Of a stretch of 64,000 nucleotides of DNA, positions 1 through 9,089 are shown in pieces; positions within the stretch are counted from its first letter, which is position 1; each line of letters opens with the position of its first letter. The position numbers and the translations under genes were made by a program. The notes under the pieces were generated by a model. The model did not search any database. It saw nothing but the letters and a program-made list of their open reading frames with translations, and was not told the DNA's origin. Origin of the DNA: Alphaproteobacteria bacterium (GTDB taxonomy: Bacteria > Pseudomonadota > Alphaproteobacteria > MPNO01 > UBA830); the NCBI GenBank assembly GCA_964291215.2, contig OZ219791.1, forward strand, positions 1,440,001 through 1,504,000, given 5' to 3'.

Positions 1-106
1 GGAGATTTGACACTGCAGGCCGATTCGTTTAGTGGTGGTTATCGAGAACGACGAGGACCGCCAGTGGGCTACTTTGGATCAAAGGCGACGAGCGGGCTGT
101 GCCAGC

Positions 107-556
107 GATTACGCAACCTGATGTCTGGAAATTGTCGTGAAGCTCTCAGTCATCGAGCTGTTCCCATTTGATCTTGGTTTCGGTTTCCCATTTTTCGTCG
201 ATGAGGACTGCGGTTGAGAGGCGCTCCAACGAGGCGAGGTTCGGAAAGACCCTGACTTTGGAGGTGCGCCGCTTGAGTTCTTGCTGGATCGGTCGCTCGA
301 TGCCGTTCGAGGTTCGCATACGCTTGCGGTGAGCATCGGGCAAGATGAAGACAGCGAGCCCCGCATTGTTTTCCAGCTAGGAAGCCTGGATGCTTGTCTC
401 GATAGCTGGCCACGAGGGCGGCCAGTTCAACCTCGGCGGTTTGGAGTGAGGAGGCGTGGCTCCGAGCTGTTTTCCAATACGTTTCCTGATGTCGTTGTTC
501 GATGCACGGCGTTTTGTGCCAGGTGGAACTGGCAGCGCTGCCATGTCGCCGCGCCC
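107..556 (-). mobile_element. IS256-family transposase 3' remnant with terminal repeat
   Basis: Minus-strand fragments WQRCQFHLAQNA and HRKRMRTSNGIERPIQQELKRRTSKVRVFPN. Near-identical to 22512-22972. Frameshifted. Confidence 0.9.
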
Positions 557-726
557 GGCGCTGCGCCGCCCAGGCATCCAGATCCCGGCGGCGATAGCGC
601 ACCCGGTTGCCGAACCGGTGGAAGTCCGGCCCGCCCCCGCTCACCCGGTAGCCCTCCAGCGTGCGGGGCGAGAGCCCGAGCCGCCGCATGCCGCGTGTCC
701 ATGAATTCCGGTTCGATCGCGCCCAT
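557..726 (-). pseudogene. Excisionase-like HTH (HTH_17/AlpA-like) DNA-binding protein, frameshifted and truncated
   Basis: ATG at 726 after GGAGG. Reads MGAIEPEFMDTRHAA, then after a frameshift RLGLSPRTLEGYRVSGGGPDFHRFGNRVRYRRRDLDAWA. Fused to the IS256 remnant. Confidence 0.8.
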
Positions 727-885
727 CCCGCTCTCCTCCAGGTCCTTCCCGGCGCCGCCCGCAGCGGCCCGGCGCCACTCTGGAGACCGCCGCCCTGCCT
801 TGCAAAGGAATCGGTTAGGGGATTTCCATCGCCCCGGACATGCGCGCCAGCCCTGCCCCGGACCGCGGACATGCCGGATGCGCGC
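630..885. repeat. Cassette segment (HTH 5' region plus upstream DNA); inverted copy at about 22066-22331
   Basis: Reverse complement aligns with 22066-22331 (gcgcatccggc...ggaaatcccct...gggaaggacctggaggagagcgggatgggcgcgatcgaaccggaattcatgg). Confidence 0.9.
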
Positions 886-1195
886 CCCCTCGTCTGGCTG
901 CCCGCGCGGGGCTGGGCAAGGGCGCTGCGAGGAATGCGCGTGTTTGCCATGATCGGCGAAACGTTTGCCGATGGCAGGATGTCCGGCTGCCGGGCTGTCG
1001 GGCACGGCGCGTGTTGAAACCGGCCTGCGGATGGGTTATGGATTGCACCGGCGGGTTCGCTGCGGTCCTGCGGGCGCGGCGGCTTGGAATCAGGGACGGG
1101 AGGATTAGATCATGACGCGGATGCCGGGCGATGTCGGGATGCATGACCTGCGGCTCTTCGGGCGGAGCGCCTCACGCGCGCGCGAACTCGTTGTA

Positions 1196-1217
1196 CCCCC
1201 CCCCCCCCCCCCCCCCC
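1196..1217 (+). repeat. C22 homopolymer in the 5' region of the autotransporter (candidate phase-variation tract)
   Basis: 22 consecutive C, lying between an RBS-preceded ATG at 1112 and the signal peptide coding region. Confidence 0.85.
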
Positions 1218-1245
1218 TCAAGAGTCAGGGCGCGGGGCTGAGCCG

Positions 1246-4200
1246 GTGGGCGCCCCCGGGAGAACCGCCCGCCGCCTGAAGGCGGGACTCGCTGCCCTCT
1301 TCCTCATCGCGCTGGCCGCCGCCCTCGCGCCCCAGGACGCGCAAGCGCAATCGCCGGTCCTCACCGCCACGGCGGGCAACGAACAGGTGACGCTGAACTG
1401 GACGTATACCGGCAGCGGGCTAACCGGTTGGGGGTACAAGATCAATGGCGGTACATATACTTGGGCTGGGACACCCATCGTTATTCCAGCTTCCAACTCC
1501 GGCACCAGAAGCCACACGGTAACGGGCCTGACGAACGGAACCCCTTATCAGTTCATTGTCTACGCGCAGACTGATGCCAATACAGCTTTCCGTCAAAGCA
1601 ACCAGGTGAGCGCCACGCCGCAGGTGCCGGCCCCGACACTGATCTCCGGCCCGGACAGTACCATCAGAACCGCCGAGACGACGACGCAGGTGTGCTACAA
1701 CCTGCTTTCGGTCTCGCAGGGTGCGACCACGTACTTGGAGGCGCGTCAGGGCAAGACGGCCGTGACCGCGCATTCGGTGCTCTCCGACGCGAGCCTCGGC
1801 GTCGAGATCACGCAGGCTCCCGCCGGCATCACGAAGGGGCGCGGCGTCAACCTCAGTCCCTGCGTCAATCTGGGCAAGGGCACACATACCGTCACTTGGA
1901 GCTGGAGGGGCCAGGACGGCACCGCCACGGCGGTCACGACCTCCACCACCGTCACCATCACCGACCCCGCGCCCGCACAGGCGAAGCCGGCGCTTACGGC
2001 AACCGCGGGTGTCGGCAGTGTCACACTCACCTGGACTCGTACCGGCAACACTGGATTTGGATATTGGGTTTACCGACAGGGGGTCACCGGAGGAGGTTAC
2101 GGCGACTGGATCGATATACCGGGCGGCGCCACCATCAGAATCCACACGGTCACAGGGTTGACCGCCGGCACCTCCTATACCTTCCAGGTGGCAAGGGCGG
2201 AAGGTACCGGTCTTAACTTTTCCGTCTTCGCTAGTGGGGGAGGGTACTCGAACGCGGCCACGGCGACGCCAACGGCGGCCACGACGCCCGCCGCCCCGAC
2301 GAACCTGACGGCGACGCCCGGCGGCCCCGCGCAGGTGTTGCTGACGTGGACCAAGCCGGCCGGCACGATCACCGGCTACAAGCTGCGCTACGCCAAGACG
2401 CCGTCAAAGGGCAGCGCCACCTGGGCCGCCATGACGGGTTCGGGCGCGAACACCGTGAGGCACATGGTGACGGGTCTGGACAACGACGCCGAATACAGTT
2501 TCATGATCCGTGCGGTGAACGCCTCCGGCGACGGCGCCGCCACGGACTGGGTGACGGCGACGCCTGCGGACAGCTGCCCTGGCGTGGGAGCACCGACGAA
2601 CCTGAGCCTCGCGCCGCGTTCGGACGGGTTTGCCGTCACCTGGAATGCACCGACCGATATCTTACGCAACGGCTGGGAATTGTCTTACAAGAAGACCGGG
2701 GGAAGTTCGAGCTCTGTCACCATCTCGGATGCCGCCGCGACCAGCCGCACGCTGACCGGCCTGGAGGCCGGCACCGAATACGAGATCGCTCTTCAAGCGA
2801 CGCATCCTGTCAATCCCGATCCTACTGCGTCATGCCCTCCAGGCTCCCGCGCAAAAGCCACCGGCACGACCCTCGCGGCCGCGATGCCGACCATCACCCT
2901 CACCGCCGCGACGGGGGACGGGCAGGTGACGTTGTCCTGGACCTATACCAACGACGATGGGGAGGCGTTCGATCACTGGCGTTACGCGCAGAAGAAAGGC
3001 GGCGGAAGCTACAGCTTTGGCGTGGCGATTCCCGGCGGCAAGACCGTCCGAATGCACACCGTGACAGGTCTGGAAAACGGTGCCGTATACACTTTCAAGG
3101 TCTCACGCGGAGTTACGAGTCCTCCACCTGCGATGATCCAGTCAACAGCAGATCCTGACTCCAACGAAGTCACCGCCACACCCACGGCGGCCCCCACCGT
3201 CGCCGTCCCCGCCGCGCCGACGGGCCTGTCGGCGGAGGCGGGCAACCGTCAGGTGAAGCTGACGTGGACCGACCCGGACGACGATTCGATCACGCGGTAT
3301 CGGGTGCAGCAGAGGAAGGGCAGCGCTGCCTGGGGCAGCTGGACCGCGATTTCCGGTTCGGACGCCGACACCACGACCCACACGGTGACGGGTCTGGACA
3401 ACGACAGCGAGTACCGCTTCCGCATCCGGGCGCGGAACAGCGGCGGCAACGGCGCCGCGTCGGCGGTGGTGGAGGCGACGCCGTCGGCGTCGGCAGCGGT
3501 TCCCAAGCCGGTGCTGAGCGCCGAACCGGGTTACGCCAGGGTCACCCTGAGCTGGAGCGCCTTGTCGGGTGTGACGGTTGCGAGCTGGGGCTATCAGTAC
3601 AAGCCCGCGGGCGGCAGCTGGATCAGGACCCGGACGGTCACCGGCGGCAGCACGACGAGCACCACGGTGACGGGGCTGACGATCGGCACGGAATACACGT
3701 TCCGGCTGTTCGCCGCGGTCGGTCCCGGTGTGCAGTCGGTGTGGTCGGACCAGGTGAAGGCGACGCCGACGAATACGGTTCCCAAGCCGGTTCTGACGGC
3801 GGCCGGGGGCGATGCCTCGGTCACCCTGAGCTGGAGCGCCTTGACGGGCATTCCGATAACGAGCTGGGGCTACCAGTACAAGAGCACGGGCGGCTGGAAC
3901 ACGACCACGACGGTCACGGGCAGAAGCAGGACGAGCGTCCGGGTGACGGGGCTGACGAAGGGCACGGACTACACGTTCCGCCTGTTTGCGGCGGTCCGTC
4001 CCGGGGTGCAGTCGGTGTGGTCGGACCAGGTGACGGCGAAGACCGATCCGGCGGCCCCGGTTCTGACGGCGGCGACCTCGACGACGAACGGGCAGATCGA
4101 CCTGACCTGGACCCATGCCGGCGGCTCGAACGAGTTGTCGGATGCGGACGACTATGTGAAGGACGCGGCCAAGTTCCATTGGTGGAGAGCGCAGACCCGG

Positions 4201-7200
4201 CTGAAGGGGGCCAGCACCTGGACGGATCGCAGTCTCAACCAGGCGAGTGCCAGACAGAACCCGGGCTCTCGCAGCAATCGGCTTCTGCTGAACTATCCTG
4301 ACGGGGCATCGGTCGAGGTCCGGGTTCGGGCAACGGGCTATCGCATGGCGGGTGTCGCCGGGGGAACGGGCAACCTTCAGGGTCCCTGGTCGAACATTCG
4401 TACGGTGACCTTCAAGGACGACACCACGGCGGCGCTCACGCTGACCGGGACGCCGGTGACGGTGGCGCCCGGTTCCACGGCGACCTACACGGTGGCGCTG
4501 ACGAAGGCGTTTGCGGGGACGCTGCGGGTGACGAGCGACGCCACGGCGGCGGCGCGGGTGAGTCCGGCGAGCCTGACATTTACCACCAGCAACTACAACA
4601 CGGCGCGGACGGTGACGGTGACCGGTGTGGCGAACGGCACGGCGGTGATCAACCACGCCTTCCGGCTGACGGGAGCCACGGCGGATGCGATCCCGGATGC
4701 GGGCACGGTGGACGTGACGGTGGCCGATACGCCGGGGGTGACGGTATCGACGGCGGCGCTGACGGTGGCGGAAGGGGGCAGCAGGACGTACACGATGCGG
4801 CTGAACACGCCGCCATCATCGGATGTGACGATCACGGTGGCGGGCGCGTCGGGGGACGTGACGGTGGAACCGGCCAGCCTGACCTTCACCCGGACCGACT
4901 GGAACCAGCCGCAGACGGTAACGGTGAACGCAGGCACGGACACGGACACGAACACGGACCCCGCCGTGACGCTGACCCACGGTGCCTCGGGCGGCGGCTA
5001 CGGCTCGGTGAGCATCGCCGATGTGGTGGTGAGCGTGGCGGAGAAGGATGCGGTGCCGTTGAAGCCGGCCGGCCTTGCCGGCGCGGCGGGCAGCGGCTCG
5101 GTGACGCTGAGCTGGACCGACCCGGACAACCCGACCATCACGAAGTGGCAGGTGCGGCGGAAGGCCGGCAGCGGCGAGTGGGGCGAGTGGGAGGACATTC
5201 CCGGCTCCGGTGCGGGCACCACCAGCCACGAGGTGAGCGGTCTGACCAACGGCACCGCCTACCAGTTCGAGGTGCGCGCGGTGAACGGGGCCGGCAACGG
5301 GGCCGGCCCGGATGCGCCGGTGACGGCGACGCCGGTGGCGCCGGTGGCGCCCGGCGGAGGAGGCGGCGGCGGCGGAGGCGGCGGCACGACCCCCGCCGCA
5401 AGCGTGACGGTGACGCCGACCGCGCTGACGGTGGCGGAGGGCAGCAGCGCCGCCTACACGGTGGTGCTGGACGCGGAACCCTCGGGCGATGTCACGGTGA
5501 CGGTGGGCGGCGCGTCGGGCGACGTGACGGTGGAACCGGCCAGCCTGACCTTCACGACCGCCAACTGGGACACGGCGCAGACGGTGACGGTGCGCGCGGC
5601 CCGAGACGAGGACACGACGGACGACACGGCGACGCTGACCCACGGCGCCTCGGGCGGCGGCTACGGTTCGGTGACCATCGATTCGGTGGCGGTGACGGTG
5701 ACCGACACGACGCTGTTGCCGGTGCTGACGCTGGCGCAGGATCCTGCGGCGGTGACCGAGGGCGACGACATCCGCCTCGCGGTGACCGCCGACCGGGCGC
5801 TGACGGGCAGCCTGACGGTCAGCCTGACGCTGTCGGCGCGCAACGCAAGCGGCTTCGATGCCGGTGACGTTCCGGGCGGTCTGGGGCCGCGTTCGTTCGA
5901 TGCGGTGTTCGGCGCCGCGGGGCGCACCACGGGGGTGGTGACGATCCCGACGGCGGCCGATGCGGATACGGAGGGGGCGGAAGCCTACCGCATCACGCTG
6001 AACGACGGTGCGGGCTACGCGGTGGGGAGCGACGCGACGGCTGCGGGCGTGCTGCGCGACCGTGCGCCGGGGTCCGTGTCACGGGCGAACCGGGTGAATG
6101 CGGCGGTGCTGCCGCATGTGGCGGCGGCGGCGATGTCGCAGACGCTGGGGGCGGTGACGGGGCGCATCGAGGCGGCAGGCAGGCCGGGCAGCTCGCTGCG
6201 GTTCGGCGCCCTGCCGTCGTCGCCGGTCAGTCATGCCCGGTCCGCCCGGTCCGCCCGGTCCGCGCCGCCGCGCCCTGAGGAGCCGACCCTGAGCGAGATA
6301 CTGGACGGGGCGTCCTTCACGCTGGCGGCGGGCGCCGGGGAGGACGGGGCATCCGCGCCGCCGTTGGCGGTGTGGGGCCGGGGCGAGTGGCTGTCGCTGT
6401 CGGGTTCGGAGAAGGATGTCACCTGGGACGGCGGCCTGTGGTCGGCGCAGCTGGGGGCGGACCTGCGGGTGCGCCCGGACCTGCTGGCCGGGGCGGCGCT
6501 CTCCCATGCGCGGGGCGAGCTGGACACGCAGACGGGCGGGGTGAAGGGCGTGCACGAGACCACGATCACGTCGGTGCACCCCTATGCGGCGTGGCTGGCG
6601 CCGGACGGCTCGACCCTGTGGGCGAGCCTCGGCTACGGGACCGGCGAGGTGCGGATTACCGAGGAAGGCGCGGCGGCGCGCAGCGCCGGGCTGACGCATT
6701 GGAGCGTGTCTGCGGGCGGCCGCAGCGTCCTGGCCGAGGATGCAGAGCTGATCGAGGGCGGGATGACGCGCCTTGCGGTGAAGGGCGAGGGTTCGGCGGC
6801 GCGTCTGCGCACGGAGGCCGATGACGGCCTGGCGGGGCTGACGGCGAGGACGACGCGGCTGCGGCTGCTGCTGGAGGGATCGTACGAGCACGCGCTGGCG
6901 GGCGGTGCGACGCTGACGCCGGCGCTGGAGGCGGGGGTGCGCCATGACGGCGGCGGCGTTGGCGAAGGGGCGGGCCTTGAGGCCGGAGCGGGCGTGACCT
7001 GGCATGACCCGGCGGCGGGCCTGACGGCGGAGTTGCGCGCGCGGCTCCTGGCGGCGCACGAGGCGGACCGCGACGAGTGGGGGGTGAGCGCGCTTGTGCG
7101 CCTCGACCCCGGGGCCGACGGGCGCGGGACGTTCCTCGCCTTCGGCCCCGCGCACGGGCGCACGGAGAGCGGCCTCGGGCAGCTGTTCGACCTGCCCGCG

Positions 7201-7452
7201 GCCGCATCCGGCACGGCGCCGGAAGGGGCAGAGAGCCGTCTGGAGGCGGAGGTGGGCCACGGCTTCGGCCTGCCCGGTCCGGGGCCGTTGGCGGTGCTCA
7301 CCCCCTGGGCCGGACTCAGCCTGGCGGGCGCACGCACCCTGCGGCTCGGCGCGCGCTACCGCCTGGGCGCGGGGCTGTCTCTCGGCGTCGAGGGCGCGCA
7401 CCGGCCGGGCCCCGAAGACAGCCTCATGCTGCGCGGCGCGCTCCGCTGGTAG
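1246..7452 (+). CDS. Large autotransporter/adhesin: signal peptide, about 10 fibronectin type III domains, Calx-beta-like/Ig-like repeats, C-terminal beta-barrel
   Basis: 2068-aa ORF. Signal peptide ending AQA-Q; repeated V.L.W...HTVTGL.NG..Y.F.V motifs; barrel region (VWGRGEWLSL, GLEAGAG) ending in W. The true start is probably ATG 1112, upstream of the poly-C. Confidence 0.9.
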   Translation: MGAPGRTARRLKAGLAALFLIALAAALAPQDAQAQSPVLTATAGNEQVTLNWTYTGSGLTGWGYKINGGTYTWAGTPIVIPASNSGTRSHTVTGLTNGTPYQFIVYAQTDANTAFRQSNQVSATPQVPAPTLISGPDSTIRTAETTTQVCYNLLSVSQGATTYLEARQGKTAVTAHSVLSDASLGVEITQAPAGITKGRGVNLSPCVNLGKGTHTVTWSWRGQDGTATAVTTSTTVTITDPAPAQAKPALTATAGVGSVTLTWTRTGNTGFGYWVYRQGVTGGGYGDWIDIPGGATIRIHTVTGLTAGTSYTFQVARAEGTGLNFSVFASGGGYSNAATATPTAATTPAAPTNLTATPGGPAQVLLTWTKPAGTITGYKLRYAKTPSKGSATWAAMTGSGANTVRHMVTGLDNDAEYSFMIRAVNASGDGAATDWVTATPADSCPGVGAPTNLSLAPRSDGFAVTWNAPTDILRNGWELSYKKTGGSSSSVTISDAAATSRTLTGLEAGTEYEIALQATHPVNPDPTASCPPGSRAKATGTTLAAAMPTITLTAATGDGQVTLSWTYTNDDGEAFDHWRYAQKKGGGSYSFGVAIPGGKTVRMHTVTGLENGAVYTFKVSRGVTSPPPAMIQSTADPDSNEVTATPTAAPTVAVPAAPTGLSAEAGNRQVKLTWTDPDDDSITRYRVQQRKGSAAWGSWTAISGSDADTTTHTVTGLDNDSEYRFRIRARNSGGNGAASAVVEATPSASAAVPKPVLSAEPGYARVTLSWSALSGVTVASWGYQYKPAGGSWIRTRTVTGGSTTSTTVTGLTIGTEYTFRLFAAVGPGVQSVWSDQVKATPTNTVPKPVLTAAGGDASVTLSWSALTGIPITSWGYQYKSTGGWNTTTTVTGRSRTSVRVTGLTKGTDYTFRLFAAVRPGVQSVWSDQVTAKTDPAAPVLTAATSTTNGQIDLTWTHAGGSNELSDADDYVKDAAKFHWWRAQTRLKGASTWTDRSLNQASARQNPGSRSNRLLLNYPDGASVEVRVRATGYRMAGVAGGTGNLQGPWSNIRTVTFKDDTTAALTLTGTPVTVAPGSTATYTVALTKAFAGTLRVTSDATAAARVSPASLTFTTSNYNTARTVTVTGVANGTAVINHAFRLTGATADAIPDAGTVDVTVADTPGVTVSTAALTVAEGGSRTYTMRLNTPPSSDVTITVAGASGDVTVEPASLTFTRTDWNQPQTVTVNAGTDTDTNTDPAVTLTHGASGGGYGSVSIADVVVSVAEKDAVPLKPAGLAGAAGSGSVTLSWTDPDNPTITKWQVRRKAGSGEWGEWEDIPGSGAGTTSHEVSGLTNGTAYQFEVRAVNGAGNGAGPDAPVTATPVAPVAPGGGGGGGGGGGTTPAASVTVTPTALTVAEGSSAAYTVVLDAEPSGDVTVTVGGASGDVTVEPASLTFTTANWDTAQTVTVRAARDEDTTDDTATLTHGASGGGYGSVTIDSVAVTVTDTTLLPVLTLAQDPAAVTEGDDIRLAVTADRALTGSLTVSLTLSARNASGFDAGDVPGGLGPRSFDAVFGAAGRTTGVVTIPTAADADTEGAEAYRITLNDGAGYAVGSDATAAGVLRDRAPGSVSRANRVNAAVLPHVAAAAMSQTLGAVTGRIEAAGRPGSSLRFGALPSSPVSHARSARSARSAPPRPEEPTLSEILDGASFTLAAGAGEDGASAPPLAVWGRGEWLSLSGSEKDVTWDGGLWSAQLGADLRVRPDLLAGAALSHARGELDTQTGGVKGVHETTITSVHPYAAWLAPDGSTLWASLGYGTGEVRITEEGAAARSAGLTHWSVSAGGRSVLAEDAELIEGGMTRLAVKGEGSAARLRTEADDGLAGLTARTTRLRLLLEGSYEHALAGGATLTPALEAGVRHDGGGVGEGAGLEAGAGVTWHDPAAGLTAELRARLLAAHEADRDEWGVSALVRLDPGADGRGTFLAFGPAHGRTESGLGQLFDLPAAASGTAPEGAESRLEAEVGHGFGLPGPGPLAVLTPWAGLSLAGARTLRLGARYRLGAGLSLGVEGAHRPGPEDSLMLRGALRW
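3499..4045 (+). repeat. Tandem near-identical FN3 modules (period about 279 bp)
   Basis: gttcccaagccggt at 3499 and 3778; both encode VTLSWSAL...SWGYQYK...YTFRLFAAV.PGVQSVWSDQV. Confidence 0.85.
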
Positions 7453-7753
7453 GAAAACGCCCGGCGTGTCCTGACGATGGCGGCGCGGCGCTTCATCCGG
7501 GCGAACCTGTCGCAAGCATCGGTGGCGGCGCCATTCGCTCATGAAGGACCGGTCGCGTCGCGCGTGGAGATCGTCATGCGCAAGCGTTCCGCCAGACCCG
7601 TGGAGCAAGCTCCGGAACAAACCCCGCAAGGACGTCTGGTCCTTCGGAAGGGATTGGCGGCGCACCCTCAACCGATAGAATCCAGGCGACCGGGCATGCG
7701 TGCAACCGTGCTGACGTGAGCATGGCCTTTTTCACGGTCTGGCGGAACGCTTG

Positions 7754-7929
7754 TCGTCATGCCCTTCGGGCGATGGACCGTTTGTCGGCATGCGCGATTC
7801 GGCAACGCCTCTTTTCGGATCGATCCGGTCTCGGGCCGCTATCTGGAAACAGGTTTGATTTGCCGGAGGCCAGGAAAAACCAGTAAAATCAGCGCTGTAT
7901 AGAAGGTTCGAAATATCCCGTCTCATTGG
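7754..7929. repeat. Conserved ~175-bp non-coding element, copy A (inverted copy at 21725-21900)
   Basis: Reverse complement aligns with 21725-21900 (ttctatacagc.ctgattttactggtttttcc.ggcctccggcaaatcaa.cctgtttccagatagcggcccgagaccggatcgatccgaaa). Confidence 0.92.
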
Positions 7930-8077
7930 TGTCCGGGATGTCCCGAGCCGGGTAGGTAGACTTGGTTGTATACCCCTCTGGCACAGCGGCCCCATCGAAT
8001 GCAGCAACGATCCGGGATGTATAACGGTCGCCCGGATGCTAGACTGCCGACTGCCGACCAACCAGAGGCGTATAGAA

Positions 8078-8959
8078 ATGGTCAGGAGACCGCGCGACCG
8101 GATCGACTATTCGGCCATGGCCGACAGGGAATCGCTCGCACTGCCCGACGGCAAGCGGATCGCGGTCTGGGTCATCGTCAACATCGAGAACTGGAACATC
8201 GAAAAGCCGATGCCGCGCACGGTGCTCCCGCCGCCCGGCAACCAGGTTCACATCCCGGACATCCCCAACTGGTCCTGGCAGGAATATGGTATGCGGGTTG
8301 GATTCTGGCGCCTTCAGGAAGCCCTCACGTCGCGCGGCATTCCAGCAACACTGTCAGTCAACGGCTCGGTCTGCGGCCAGTACCCGCGGCTTGCGCAGGG
8401 TGCTCTCGATGCGGGCTGGGAATTCCTCGGACATGCGTACCACCAGCAGCCGACCCATCTCATAGAAGACCAGAAAAAGGACATCCGGCAAACCATTGAT
8501 GCGATCAGGGACTTCACCGGCAGCGCGCCCCGCGGCTGGATGGGGCCCGGCCTGACAGAGACTTTCGAGACGCCGGACTATCTCACCGAAGCGGGCATCG
8601 AATATGTCGCCGACTTCCCGATGGACGACCAGCCCTTCGAAATACGGACGGAAACCGGGCTTCTGGTGTCCATACCCTACACCGTCGAGCTGAACGACAT
8701 CCCGATAATGCTGGTCCAGCATCATCGAGCGGACGAATTCGTGCACCGATGCATGGACAGTTTCGAGCGGCTGCACCGCGAAGGGGCCGACAACGCCCGC
8801 ATAATGGCAATCGCGGTCCACCCCTACATCTCGGGAACGCCGTTCCGCATCAAGTATTTCGAGGAGGTGCTCGACCGCATCTCCGAAACCGAAGGCGTCG
8901 CGATGTGGACGGGAAGCCAGATACTCGACTGGTACAGGTCGGTGCGTCCCGAGACATGA
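8078..8959 (+). CDS. Polysaccharide deacetylase family protein (PuuE/allantoinase-like)
   Basis: NWSWQEYGMRVGFWR, EFLGH, PRGWMGPGLTET, IPYTVELNDI, IAVHPYISG. Confidence 0.85.
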   Translation: MVRRPRDRIDYSAMADRESLALPDGKRIAVWVIVNIENWNIEKPMPRTVLPPPGNQVHIPDIPNWSWQEYGMRVGFWRLQEALTSRGIPATLSVNGSVCGQYPRLAQGALDAGWEFLGHAYHQQPTHLIEDQKKDIRQTIDAIRDFTGSAPRGWMGPGLTETFETPDYLTEAGIEYVADFPMDDQPFEIRTETGLLVSIPYTVELNDIPIMLVQHHRADEFVHRCMDSFERLHREGADNARIMAIAVHPYISGTPFRIKYFEEVLDRISETEGVAMWTGSQILDWYRSVRPET

Positions 8960-9089
8960 TGCCGCCTGCCAGCACCGGTACCTCAACAACCCGATTCCGC
9001 ACCACCGGACTCAGCGGCCCGACGGACCTATTTTCCCGCGCCACAGAAACGGTCGGAACCCTCGGACGGCTTGGCTCGGGAGACCTCCC

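Noticed and set aside
1246-7452. Diversity-generating retroelement acting on the adhesin
   Set aside because: There is no reverse transcriptase and no repeat pair differing only at adenines; the loops differ in length.
6079-7671. Long antisense or alternate-frame ORFs (e.g. 6079-7671, 3142-4656, 31728-33101, 41150-42544)
   Set aside because: These are shadow ORFs of GC-rich genes with no recognisable motifs.
7477-7719. Short ORF downstream of the adhesin
   Set aside because: No RBS or motif that I can support.
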